Below are positions 19,711 through 28,508 of a stretch of 40,432 nt of DNA, one piece after another. Each line of letters starts with the position of its first letter. Position 1 is the first letter of the stretch. The DNA is from a virus. Taxonomy: Duplodnaviria; Caudoviricetes. The translations under genes were made by a program, and so were the position numbers. Below the pieces are notes generated by a model. The model saw nothing but the letters and a program-made list of their open reading frames with translations, made no database searches and had not been told where the DNA came from. The DNA lies in IMG/VR virus record IMGVR_UViG_3300024420_000006, positions 1-40,432 of that record. One strand, 5' to 3'.

Positions 19711-20973
19711 TTAAATTATACTTTTTACTTTATACTTCTTTTTTGGTTTAGCACCTAATTCTTCAGATGCTATAACTTTTTGATTTGTGTTATCCTGTTT
19801 TAAGAAAGTGTAATTTGTCATCTTGGCATTTCCTTCACAGAATTTTTTAACTTCATTAGCCATATCCATCGCAGTGGTAACTGGTACATTTTGTGCAATG
19901 TGATTAACTTGGCGAGAAGATTCAATTTTAAAATCTAAAGGTAAACCCATTAAGTGCATCATTTCTCTTACATTTAGATAACGGTTTTCAATTGGGTGAA
20001 CACCATTAAACATATTTCTACCAATAAGAGCAGAAAAAGAATCATGGAAGAAATGTGGAGATGCATCCCAATAACCTAATCCTTGGCTTGTTTTATATTG
20101 TTGATGCTCTAACATATCAATAAAAGTCTTTGTAGATTTTTTATTTGAAAAACCTCTTTTAGGATAATGTTTTTCTAACCATTTAATACAGTCATCAATC
20201 AGATCGTTATTTTCTAAATATTGTGCAATGGTTCCTTTTTTAAATTTTGCAGCAAACTCAGCATGAGTTAATCCTTCTTTTTCTAAAACATATTCATAAG
20301 GCTTAAAGTGATCAGTAACCTTTCCTTCTACCATAAACATATCTTGTTGTGTAGCATCTTCAGGAATTTCTTTTAAATAATCAATAAGATTTTTCTTTTC
20401 TCTAAATTTCCAATTTAACATTGGAACTGTTGGTGTATTCCAAAAGAAGTAAAAGGTTCTCATTCTTCTCTGAGGAATTCCATGAAGTTCAGTATTTGTT
20501 TTAATAAGAGAAAAACTATATCCGTATTTCTGGCCTATTTCTTTTAACCTATCAACAACACCTTCTCCCATTTTAGTAAAAAGACCTGGGGCATTTTCAC
20601 CCCAAAGAACTTTAGGCTTAACATGTTCTAAAATATACTCTGAGGAATTATACATCCATTGATTTTGAGTAGCACCAGATCCTCTTGATGCAGCAGTACC
20701 TTTTGCAGAATTTAATTGTGATAAACCTGCACAAGGGCAAACTGAATTTACATAATCAACTTCATTAAAAGTTTGTTTAGGTATATCTAAATCTTCATGA
20801 TCTAATCTGTACATTGGTACATCCGGCCAATATTTTTCAATATGACTTTCGTTTGCAGCAAATGCATCATAACTTAAATGAAATGCCGGTTCATTACCTG
20901 CAGATTTTTTACATCCTATAGCACTACCACCAATTAGTGGAATTATAGTACCCCATTTTAATTCTTTTCCCAT
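19711..20973 (-). CDS. Atypical C5-cytosine DNA methyltransferase-like enzyme
   Basis: Motif IV CPCAGLS, motif VI GENAPGL, motif VIII HGIPQRRMRTF and motif IX RYLNVREMMHLMGLP are intact. Motif I reads IIPLIGG and motif X reads AQNVP, both non-canonical. Confidence 0.85.
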   Translation of the reverse strand: MGKELKWGTIIPLIGGSAIGCKKSAGNEPAFHLSYDAFAANESHIEKYWPDVPMYRLDHEDLDIPKQTFNEVDYVNSVCPCAGLSQLNSAKGTAASRGSGATQNQWMYNSSEYILEHVKPKVLWGENAPGLFTKMGEGVVDRLKEIGQKYGYSFSLIKTNTELHGIPQRRMRTFYFFWNTPTVPMLNWKFREKKNLIDYLKEIPEDATQQDMFMVEGKVTDHFKPYEYVLEKEGLTHAEFAAKFKKGTIAQYLENNDLIDDCIKWLEKHYPKRGFSNKKSTKTFIDMLEHQQYKTSQGLGYWDASPHFFHDSFSALIGRNMFNGVHPIENRYLNVREMMHLMGLPLDFKIESSRQVNHIAQNVPVTTAMDMANEVKKFCEGNAKMTNYTFLKQDNTNQKVIASEELGAKPKKKYKVKSII

Positions 20974-20974
20974 A

Positions 20975-21997
20975 TTAAATTTTTACTTTTTCAATTTCTA
21001 GATCCTCCATAAATGTTAAAGGATCAATTGTACCTTCACTGATTTCATTTTCAAGATATACTATAGTTTCTTTTATAGTATCTTTAATATCTTTTTTAGG
21101 TTCCCATCCCATTGATTTAGCCTTGGAAATATCTCCACGAATATTTAATGCTTCACCTGCAATCGGATCATAATGATCAAAAGGTATTTCACCAACACCC
21201 ATAATATCACCAATCATATTTTTAAGTTCCATTAAGTTAGTCATTTTACCTGTTCCTAAATTAAATGTTTGGTTTGCAGTATCCTCATTTTCCATACAAA
21301 GAATATGGAATGCATTAACATCAGATACATCAATGTAATCTCTTGCTTTCATATAGTCACCAAATACAATAGGATTATGACCGCCTTTAATTCTTAAGAT
21401 AAATCCTGCAAATACTGGTGGGATGGTTCTATTATAATCTTGTAAAGGCCCAGCTACATTAAAGTATCTTAGTGCAGTATAATTTAATCCTTTAGTTCTT
21501 TGATATGATTCTGCTAATAATGCAAGACATGCTTTAGTAGTAGAGTATACAGTAGTTGGATCTGATTGAGTTTCACTAAAGCCTTCATCTGGCATTTCAC
21601 AGTTTTCATATACGGCAGAAGTTTCACTAAAGATGATTCTTTTTACATCAGCCTTTAAGCACCCATTCATTACATTAATACTTCCTAATATATTATTATC
21701 TACTGCTTCATATGGATCTTCATTACAGTCATAAATAGAAACAAGACCAGCAAAATGATAAACATAATCAGGTTTAAATTCCTCTATAATGTTTTCCACA
21801 TATTGATTTCTAATATCTACTTTATGAAAATTTTCAATTTGGTCATGAACTTTAGGTATATATGTACCATGTTCCATATTATCAATAACAGCAATACATT
21901 TAGGATTATGACCTCTATTTAATAAATCGTTGATAAAATTTGTTCCAACGAACCCAGCTCCACCGGTGACCAGGATTTTTGTTTCAGAATTATACAT
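20975..21997 (-). CDS. NAD-dependent nucleotide-sugar epimerase/dehydratase (GalE-like SDR)
   Basis: TGGAGFVG, YSTTK (YxxxK), LRYFNVAG and RDYIDVSD. Confidence 0.93.
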   Translation of the reverse strand: MYNSETKILVTGGAGFVGTNFINDLLNRGHNPKCIAVIDNMEHGTYIPKVHDQIENFHKVDIRNQYVENIIEEFKPDYVYHFAGLVSIYDCNEDPYEAVDNNILGSINVMNGCLKADVKRIIFSETSAVYENCEMPDEGFSETQSDPTTVYSTTKACLALLAESYQRTKGLNYTALRYFNVAGPLQDYNRTIPPVFAGFILRIKGGHNPIVFGDYMKARDYIDVSDVNAFHILCMENEDTANQTFNLGTGKMTNLMELKNMIGDIMGVGEIPFDHYDPIAGEALNIRGDISKAKSMGWEPKKDIKDTIKETIVYLENEISEGTIDPLTFMEDLEIEKVKI

Positions 21998-23255
21998 TTA
22001 CAGTTTCAGTTTTTGTTACACGTTCATAAGCTTCCCAGATTTTGTTATCTACATGTTCTCCAGTATAATAAGAATCTTTAAGATACTTTTCTTGGAGGTT
22101 ATAGAATAATTTCTTATAATGCTCTGGGTTTGCATTTAAGAATTCAATCTTCTTTTTTAAATCTTCTGGTGATTTACATCTAATAAAGTGACCTTCAGGA
22201 AACACATTAAAGTCAGTATCGTAAGATGGGTGTAAGAAAGGTATTATACCATAATGTAACATTTCTGCATATTTAGAAGTGACCATACCTTCTTTAATAG
22301 GAACGCAGAATGTATATTTGGTACTAAGTAATTCATCGGTCATTGTTTCAATTCTTGTTTCACCTTTAAACCATTTAGGATATTTTTCTTTAATCTCATC
22401 ATCCCATTTTCCGTAAATATCAGTTTCAATATCTTGATCAACGATATACTCTTTTACTGGATCCCATCGGTCCATTCCGCCTGATCCTTTACCTTGATTT
22501 TGTAGCATCATAAATGAATTTGTCTTTTTCATTTCAAACAATTCATCTGTGTTATATCTTTTCTTATCTAAAAGAAATACCGTTTCAATACCAGAATATT
22601 CATAAGTTGATGTTATCTTTGCAGTATCTCGGAGTGGAGGATTGCAAAAATATTCTTCTTCTTTAGTAAATGTATTTTGTGCTAAATAATAAGTAGGTCT
22701 ATTATTAATTCCCCAATCTTTACATGCAAGAATATATCGGTTATCTACAAGTAATCCGACAATAGGAACTTTCTTTTCCAGTTCATTCATTGCTTTAATA
22801 ATTGGAGCTGCATAGTACTTAAAGAAGTCTAATGATTTAACTTGACCAGTACCATCTTTCTTGTTAATATATTCTGGAATATTAACAGTACTAGTCGGCC
22901 CAGTATAAAAGAAAATGTAATCCAAATCTAAACCTTGAATAATTTCAACAGTTTCATCGGTAGACTTTCTCTCTTTCATAGTAGAGTGAAATTCCTTAAT
23001 ATTGTTAGGCACAGTAGGTTCATCCGTTTGCGGTGGACCAAATAAAGAATTTACTTTTGGTTTTTGTTTTGCCCTAAACTTTCCTAAATCATTAGGGCTT
23101 AATAGCCAATATTCAATATTAGGATTTCTGTTTGCAATTGAACAAATTAATTGCTTAGGTTCACAATCTCCACCGATTGCACTCCAACTGTTTTCATTAA
23201 ACTTAATGGCTTTACCTAATTTAAAAAAGCCAATCTTTTTTACATTTTCTTTCAT
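21990..23255 (-). CDS. DNA beta-glycosyltransferase-like protein (T4 BGT family, GT-B)
   Basis: Colinear by-eye matches to T4 BGT: KIGFFKLG/KIAIINMG, LLVDNR/LFTDIR (catalytic Asp), NNRP/KNRP, YEYSGIE/FEYFPIE, VTSKYAEML/ITLRVWETM and YDT/FDT. Confidence 0.75.
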   Translation of the reverse strand: MKENVKKIGFFKLGKAIKFNENSWSAIGGDCEPKQLICSIANRNPNIEYWLLSPNDLGKFRAKQKPKVNSLFGPPQTDEPTVPNNIKEFHSTMKERKSTDETVEIIQGLDLDYIFFYTGPTSTVNIPEYINKKDGTGQVKSLDFFKYYAAPIIKAMNELEKKVPIVGLLVDNRYILACKDWGINNRPTYYLAQNTFTKEEEYFCNPPLRDTAKITSTYEYSGIETVFLLDKKRYNTDELFEMKKTNSFMMLQNQGKGSGGMDRWDPVKEYIVDQDIETDIYGKWDDEIKEKYPKWFKGETRIETMTDELLSTKYTFCVPIKEGMVTSKYAEMLHYGIIPFLHPSYDTDFNVFPEGHFIRCKSPEDLKKKIEFLNANPEHYKKLFYNLQEKYLKDSYYTGEHVDNKIWEAYERVTKTETVNV

Positions 23256-23256
23256 A

Positions 23257-23964
23257 TTAACAATTTTGAATAATGTCTTCTATTACTTGTTTATCTTGTT
23301 CATATGTTAGATCATACCAACATATATTTAATTCTTCAAATTTTAAATTATCCATCGAGTTTATAAGATGAGTAATTTCATATTCATTTCTATTTGATAA
23401 TTTAATACTGCTTAAGTTATCAAATGCTTCTTTTGCAAATATCATATATCCACAGAAGTATCTTCCGTTTACTACGCCATGAGGTTTTTCAATAACTACA
23501 TCCTCTAGGATAGTAGCAAGTTGTAAATTCCTTGCTCTAGTTTCATAATCCTTATAAGTAACTACAGTATTATTTGGATCATGATATTCTAAACCAATAT
23601 TACCTTGATAATAATTATCACCAAAGAGACATAAGAAAGGTTCATAAAATTTACCTTCCCATGCTTTAATTGCAGCACCCGGTCCGTATTCATCATCCTT
23701 TTGGAATTCATAATAAATGTTTATCTTTTCTTTATACTTAGATAAACTTTCAATAATAGGATGAGATAATTTAGTATTTCTTCCTTTAAAAAAGAAGTCA
23801 GATTTGCTTATAGTAACATATACATCTTCTATTCCATTTTCAATACAGAATTCTACACAATACTGAATTGTTGATTTTCCTAAAATTGGATCTATAAGTT
23901 TATTTGATCCATACCTAGTAGACCTTCCGGCTGCTAGAATAATTGCTTTTCTTACTCTGCTCAT
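23257..23964 (-). CDS. Sugar-phosphate nucleotidyltransferase (RmlA-like)
   Basis: AIILAAGRSTR, FGDN, IEKP, SNRNEYEIT and WYD. Confidence 0.9.
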   Translation of the reverse strand: MSRVRKAIILAAGRSTRYGSNKLIDPILGKSTIQYCVEFCIENGIEDVYVTISKSDFFFKGRNTKLSHPIIESLSKYKEKINIYYEFQKDDEYGPGAAIKAWEGKFYEPFLCLFGDNYYQGNIGLEYHDPNNTVVTYKDYETRARNLQLATILEDVVIEKPHGVVNGRYFCGYMIFAKEAFDNLSSIKLSNRNEYEITHLINSMDNLKFEELNICWYDLTYEQDKQVIEDIIQNC

Positions 23965-24707
23965 TTGCTATATTTAATTTCTAATTCGTCAAATAATTCA
24001 TGCCCTTTCTTAAGAAACATACCGGCCAATTCATATCTTTCATTTAACTCAAAGAAAGGTACTGCTCCTAGTAAATGGACTGCTAAAAAGAATTTTAATT
24101 GATATTCATCATACCATTCATACATTATGTTTTCTGCTTCTCTACAGAACTTAAGATATTTAGAATTCCTTTCATTGTATATATGGGCCTCATATTTCAT
24201 TACAAACGATTGCATCAGTTTTCCATAATCATAATAATTCTGTTCTTCAGTACCTCTAGGATCAATAAAAATAAAATCATTATCATATAAGATATTGCTT
24301 ACTGTTAAATCACCATGAACAAAACCCCAACCTGAAGAAGCATCTAAATTACCTTCATAAGTATACCCGGTTCTTCCTTCTAATTTATCTAAATAAGATC
24401 TTGTATCTACATCAGTACCATAACCATCAAAATCATTTACAATATGAATAAGATCGTCTAATTGATCAATTGATTTAATTAAAGGTTGTTCACAGATTTT
24501 ATCATACCATGTAGGGTACTTATCCATTTCAAATGAAGTATCAGATAAAGGTCTTATCTTAATAAAATTAGGGTGAGTACAATTGGCTAACCAATCCATC
24601 TGCTGTTTGAATTTTATTGGATAAACACCAGCTTCTTTAACTACCTTATTATCATGGAGATAAACGCGATCTCCACTATTTCCTACTAAAACTTTACCAG
24701 TATGCAT
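23961..24707 (-). CDS. APH/choline-kinase-fold phosphotransferase (putative sugar kinase)
   Basis: GNSG, HGDLTVSNIL, FIDPRG and YDYGKLMQS. Confidence 0.85.
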   Translation of the reverse strand: MHTGKVLVGNSGDRVYLHDNKVVKEAGVYPIKFKQQMDWLANCTHPNFIKIRPLSDTSFEMDKYPTWYDKICEQPLIKSIDQLDDLIHIVNDFDGYGTDVDTRSYLDKLEGRTGYTYEGNLDASSGWGFVHGDLTVSNILYDNDFIFIDPRGTEEQNYYDYGKLMQSFVMKYEAHIYNERNSKYLKFCREAENIMYEWYDEYQLKFFLAVHLLGAVPFFELNERYELAGMFLKKGHELFDELEIKYSK

Positions 24708-25237
24708 TTCATATTATTTTTAAGTGCGAATGTTGAATCTACTTCTGAATCACCAACCATAAGAAAATCTTTAGGTTCATAATCATCAAAGGTTTCAAAA
24801 ATTAAATCTGCCATATCTGAATGTGGCTTTTTATTAACTACATCATCTCTTGTTACAATCATGTCGAATAAATCGGTACTTATATTATGATAAGACATAA
24901 TTCTATCTACATTTTCTTTAGATGAATTAGATGCAATAATAACCTTTTCAAATTTAGAATTTTCAATAATCCATAAAAGTAATTGATTAACTTTAGTTTT
25001 ATAAAGATTCTTTGAAAAAATTTCTCTTTTATAATTTTGTGCTAAATTTGATTCAACTTTAGTTAATTGATATTTCTTTAAAAGAACATCCATACCATAA
25101 TTAATATCTGCCATTATGGTCTCTAATGGAATTTCTCTTTTTAAGACTCTCTCCAGCGCACGCCTCCAAGAATCTGCATGAGTATCTATTGTAGAAACTA
25201 ATGTATCATCAAAATCTAATATTAAGCACCTCTCCAT
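24686..25237 (-). CDS. HAD-superfamily phosphatase/mutase
   Basis: LDFDDTLV, IASN, KKPHSD and MVGDSEVD. Confidence 0.9.
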   Translation of the reverse strand: MERCLILDFDDTLVSTIDTHADSWRRALERVLKREIPLETIMADINYGMDVLLKKYQLTKVESNLAQNYKREIFSKNLYKTKVNQLLLWIIENSKFEKVIIASNSSKENVDRIMSYHNISTDLFDMIVTRDDVVNKKPHSDMADLIFETFDDYEPKDFLMVGDSEVDSTFALKNNMKCILVKF

Positions 25238-25256
25238 TTAATCTGTTTGATTTATT

Positions 25257-25284
25257 ATTATATAGAGGTTTTTAAAAAGGTTTC
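25257..25284 (-). promoter_or_regulatory. Putative middle promoter GAAAC-N17-TATAAT heading the modification operon
   Basis: Recurrent bipartite motif, immediately downstream of a terminator. Confidence 0.7.
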
Positions 25285-25306
25285 AAGTAAATAGGACAAT
25301 AAAAAC

Positions 25307-25341
25307 TAAAAAAGGACTACCTAGTTAAAGATAGTCCTTTT
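25307..25341 (-). terminator. Intrinsic terminator after the Hc1-like gene
   Basis: AAAAGGACTATCT-TTAACT-AGGTAGTCC followed by TTTTTTT. Confidence 0.85.
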
Positions 25342-25359
25342 AAATGAGTTTATGTAAGA

Positions 25360-25536
25360 TTACATATTGTTTTTAGTTTCCTGTACGTGTAGTCTTAATT
25401 CTTGTGCAAGATTTTTAACTTCCTGCATTGATTTTCTAATTCTTACAGCAGCAGCTTTATTTCCTTTCGCGTAAAATTTATCCACGTCTTCGCTTACTGA
25501 TTCGATTAAAGCTTTGATTTCTTCAAATTTTTCCAT
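25360..25536 (-). CDS. Histone H1-like (Hc1-family) small protein, 58 aa
   Basis: Below the ORF-track cutoff: MEKFEEIKALIESVSEDVDKFYAKGNKAAAVRIRKSMQEVKNLAQELRLHVQETKNNM. KGNKAAxxRxRK is the Hc1 signature. Confidence 0.88.
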   Translation of the reverse strand: MEKFEEIKALIESVSEDVDKFYAKGNKAAAVRIRKSMQEVKNLAQELRLHVQETKNNM

Positions 25537-25558
25537 AATAGTTAATTTTTATTGTTTT

Positions 25559-25569
25559 TTTATATATTC
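25559..25569 (-). promoter_or_regulatory. Putative late promoter GAATATATAAA upstream of the Hc1-like gene
   Basis: Same motif as upstream of the head genes. Confidence 0.6.
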
Positions 25570-25570
25570 A

Positions 25571-26473
25571 TTAGAATTTACCTTTTCTGTTTCGATAGAA
25601 ACTAGTTAATCTAGGTATGTACATATACTTATGACCTTTATCTTTAATTGCTTTCATCATTCTATTAAACATATCAACATCAGCTGCATTTGTTTTAGAT
25701 AAAGGTATTTTAGGTGCAGTGTTTGCTTGTTGTGAAGCATCTCTATATCTTAAATCACCACACATACTTGGCCTCCATGAAACAGCAGAGTGGCTAACAT
25801 CACCATGAGTATAACCTAAATTATTAGGCTCTATTGTTGTGGTATGTCTTTCTTCTCTTGGTTGATACATAAACTTTTTAGAACTGTTTGTTGCATCTAC
25901 CTTTTTACGGCTTCTTGTAAATACATAAGCTAATTCAGGATATTGAGTATATGCCTTTGCTAAAAGTTCTAAATGATCTGGTGTCCACTTATCGTCATGA
26001 TCAATTCTTACAATATAATCACATCCATCGTTCTTTGCCATTTGAAGACCTTTATTCATTGCACCACATCCTGCAGTATATCTAAATTGTTGTTTAGTAA
26101 ACCCTTTATCTCTTTCACCTGGTGTTGATAAGTTATGATACTTAATTTTACCTTTTGGGATTACTTCATCCATGACGGTTTTTATTTCTTCATCACCATC
26201 ATATTTATCACCAACTAAATAAACTACATAATTGTCATATTTCTGATTCTTTATAGATCCTAAAGAATCTCTAAGTAAAGAAGGTGTATCCATAAATTTC
26301 TGTCTACTTGTTTGGGCACCACCATCAGATATTTTATGAGTAGGCATTACAATACCGAACTTAATCTTTTTATCAATTTCACTAGATAGATTTTTTTCTA
26401 GTAAAATTTCAAAGTTCTTAGAACCTATATAAGATTCTAATAAGTTAAAATCATCAAAGGATATCGCTCTCAT
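25571..26473 (-). CDS. Glycosyltransferase family 2
   Basis: GIVMPTH, SIKNQKY, AMNKGL, RIDHDDKW (DxD) and ADVDMF. Confidence 0.88.
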   Translation of the reverse strand: MRAISFDDFNLLESYIGSKNFEILLEKNLSSEIDKKIKFGIVMPTHKISDGGAQTSRQKFMDTPSLLRDSLGSIKNQKYDNYVVYLVGDKYDGDEEIKTVMDEVIPKGKIKYHNLSTPGERDKGFTKQQFRYTAGCGAMNKGLQMAKNDGCDYIVRIDHDDKWTPDHLELLAKAYTQYPELAYVFTRSRKKVDATNSSKKFMYQPREERHTTTIEPNNLGYTHGDVSHSAVSWRPSMCGDLRYRDASQQANTAPKIPLSKTNAADVDMFNRMMKAIKDKGHKYMYIPRLTSFYRNRKGKF

Positions 26474-27585
26474 TTATCAAAAAATGTTTTTATAGACTTT
26501 ATTATTCTTTTTAAATCTTTATCTGTTAAATCAGATCCTGAAGGTAAACATATACCTTGTAAGAATAATAGAGCACTGTTTCCATTTATATATTTCCGAT
26601 ACTGGGTTAAGATTGGCTGTTGGTGCATAGGCTTCCAAATGCGCCTAGCTTCAATATTATCTTTCTCCAAATGTTTAATAAGATCTTCCGGTCTATCTTC
26701 AGCTTTTAATACTGCACAAGTTAACCAGCAATTTGATCTATCACTATCACTTTCACTTTGAAATGAATAAAAGTAATCACCTAATTCTTTTCTATAAGTT
26801 TCATTTATTTTTCTAGTTCTTTTAATTCTATTTTCAATAACTTCCATTTGCCCTATACCTATTGCAGCAAGAACATTACTCATTCTATAGTTATAACCTA
26901 TTTCAGTATGATGATAGAAAGGCATTGAATCTTTTGCTTGTGTTGATAAAAACCTCATCTTATCAGCTTTTTGTTTGTCATCGGTTATTATCACTCCACC
27001 ACCTGAGGTAGATAATAATTTATTTCCGTTAAAAGAATAAATGCCAATATCACCAAAGGTTCCAGTATGTTTATTATTTGTTGTAGAACCAAGACTCTCT
27101 GCTGCGTCTTCAATAATAGGTATGTCATATTCATCTGATAATTTTTTAATTGCTTTCATATTACAAGGTACACCGAAAATATGTACCGGGATAATTGCTT
27201 TAGGTTTTTTACCTATAGCGGTTGAATTAAGTATTGCGGTTTCCAATAAAATAGGATCCATATTCCATGTACCTTCTTCTGAATCTATAAATATAGGTTC
27301 AGCCCCACAATAAATAATAGGATTTACTGTTCCTATAAAAGTTAGAGATGAACATAAAACAAAATCCCCCTCGCTTACGCCTAATGCCCTTAATGCTAAA
27401 TGAATACCTGCAGTTCCTGAAGTAACAGCCACTGCATGCTTTGTACCAGTATATTCTTTTACCATATCCTCAAATTTATTTAAATGAGGTCCTACTGGTG
27501 CGATCCAATTTTGATCAAATACTTCTTTAATGTATTCCAATTCTTTGCCTGACATATGAGGCGGTGATAAGTAAATCTTTTTCAT
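26470..27585 (-). CDS. DegT/DnrJ/PglE-family PLP sugar aminotransferase
   Basis: IYLSPPH, SGTAGIHLAL, EDAAESLG, SFNGNK, GYNYRMSN and CLPSGS. Start moved to the MKKIYL ATG at 27585. Confidence 0.93.
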   Translation of the reverse strand: MKKIYLSPPHMSGKELEYIKEVFDQNWIAPVGPHLNKFEDMVKEYTGTKHAVAVTSGTAGIHLALRALGVSEGDFVLCSSLTFIGTVNPIIYCGAEPIFIDSEEGTWNMDPILLETAILNSTAIGKKPKAIIPVHIFGVPCNMKAIKKLSDEYDIPIIEDAAESLGSTTNNKHTGTFGDIGIYSFNGNKLLSTSGGGVIITDDKQKADKMRFLSTQAKDSMPFYHHTEIGYNYRMSNVLAAIGIGQMEVIENRIKRTRKINETYRKELGDYFYSFQSESDSDRSNCWLTCAVLKAEDRPEDLIKHLEKDNIEARRIWKPMHQQPILTQYRKYINGNSALLFLQGICLPSGSDLTDKDLKRIIKSIKTFFDK

Positions 27586-27586
27586 A

Positions 27587-27970
27587 TTAATTAATTTTGT
27601 CCCATTTATCATCTGAGTCTAATCTAAAAGAACCTATGTAAATTTGATTCCATTCGTCTGGTCCTATCAAAGATAAAAATAAGGTCTCATCATTTTCTCT
27701 CTGATATAAATAATAAGCCTTTCCTTTTATAGGTTTAAATCTAAAATCACTACTATAAACTAATTCATTCCACTCATAAGATTCTAATAGCTTTTTATAT
27801 TCCTCCTTTATCTCATCAAATCTTGCTTTAAAATATTGATTAGTTTTTATAACTTTTTCATTTTTATATGCAGAAATATTTGTAGGTCTAATAGCAGGAG
27901 CTCCTACACTGTCACCATAAGGCATAATAGCTTTATTTTCTGCAAACATATCTGGTTTATCTTTTCCCAT
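27587..27970 (-). CDS. DUF2452-like protein
   Basis: PYGDSVGAPAI, FKPIKGKAYYLY and LSLIGPDEW. Confidence 0.7.
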   Translation of the reverse strand: MGKDKPDMFAENKAIMPYGDSVGAPAIRPTNISAYKNEKVIKTNQYFKARFDEIKEEYKKLLESYEWNELVYSSDFRFKPIKGKAYYLYQRENDETLFLSLIGPDEWNQIYIGSFRLDSDDKWDKIN

Positions 27971-27971
27971 A

Positions 27972-28508
27972 TTATTTTATTTTTGCTGGATTTCCGTATG
28001 CAGTTGAATTATCAGGTATATCTTTTGTTACTACTGAACCTGCACCTATCATACAATTTTTCCCAATTTTTATATAAGGTAGTACTACTGAACCTGCACC
28101 AATAAAACTACCTTCCCCAACTTTAACCCCGCCGCATAAAGTTGCATTAGGTCCTATAAAGGAAAAGTCTCCTAATTGACAATCATGATCAACAGATGCA
28201 GCAGTATTAATAATGCAATGTTTACCTATCTTAGTATCTATTTGAACTACAGCACTTTGTAATATCTGACTCCCTTCACCAATATCATAATTAGATATAA
28301 TTGCAGAATCTGATATAACTGTTACATATTCTATTTCACCTAGTACCTCATCGGCTATTCTCTTTCTGGATTTATTATTGCCTATTGCTATAACCCAAGG
28401 ACCTTGTTGTAAATCAAAATCTTCATCGTTATAAAAACTTATTTGGCTACCACCTAAAACAGAACTAACCACCTTTGCATGACCACCTTTACCGTAAATA
28501 TTAATCAT
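27972..28508 (-). CDS. NeuD/PglD-family sugar acetyltransferase
   Basis: YGKGGHAKVV, IAIGNN, INTAASVDHDC, hexapeptide repeats and GNPAK. Likely start is MINIYG at 28508. Confidence 0.92.
   Translation of the reverse strand: MINIYGKGGHAKVVSSVLGGSQISFYNDEDFDLQQGPWVIAIGNNKSRKRIADEVLGEIEYVTVISDSAIISNYDIGEGSQILQSAVVQIDTKIGKHCIINTAASVDHDCQLGDFSFIGPNATLCGGVKVGEGSFIGAGSVVLPYIKIGKNCMIGAGSVVTKDIPDNSTAYGNPAKIK

Noticed and set aside
19711-20973. Restriction-modification system
   Set aside because: No cognate endonuclease is adjacent; the neighbours are sugar enzymes.
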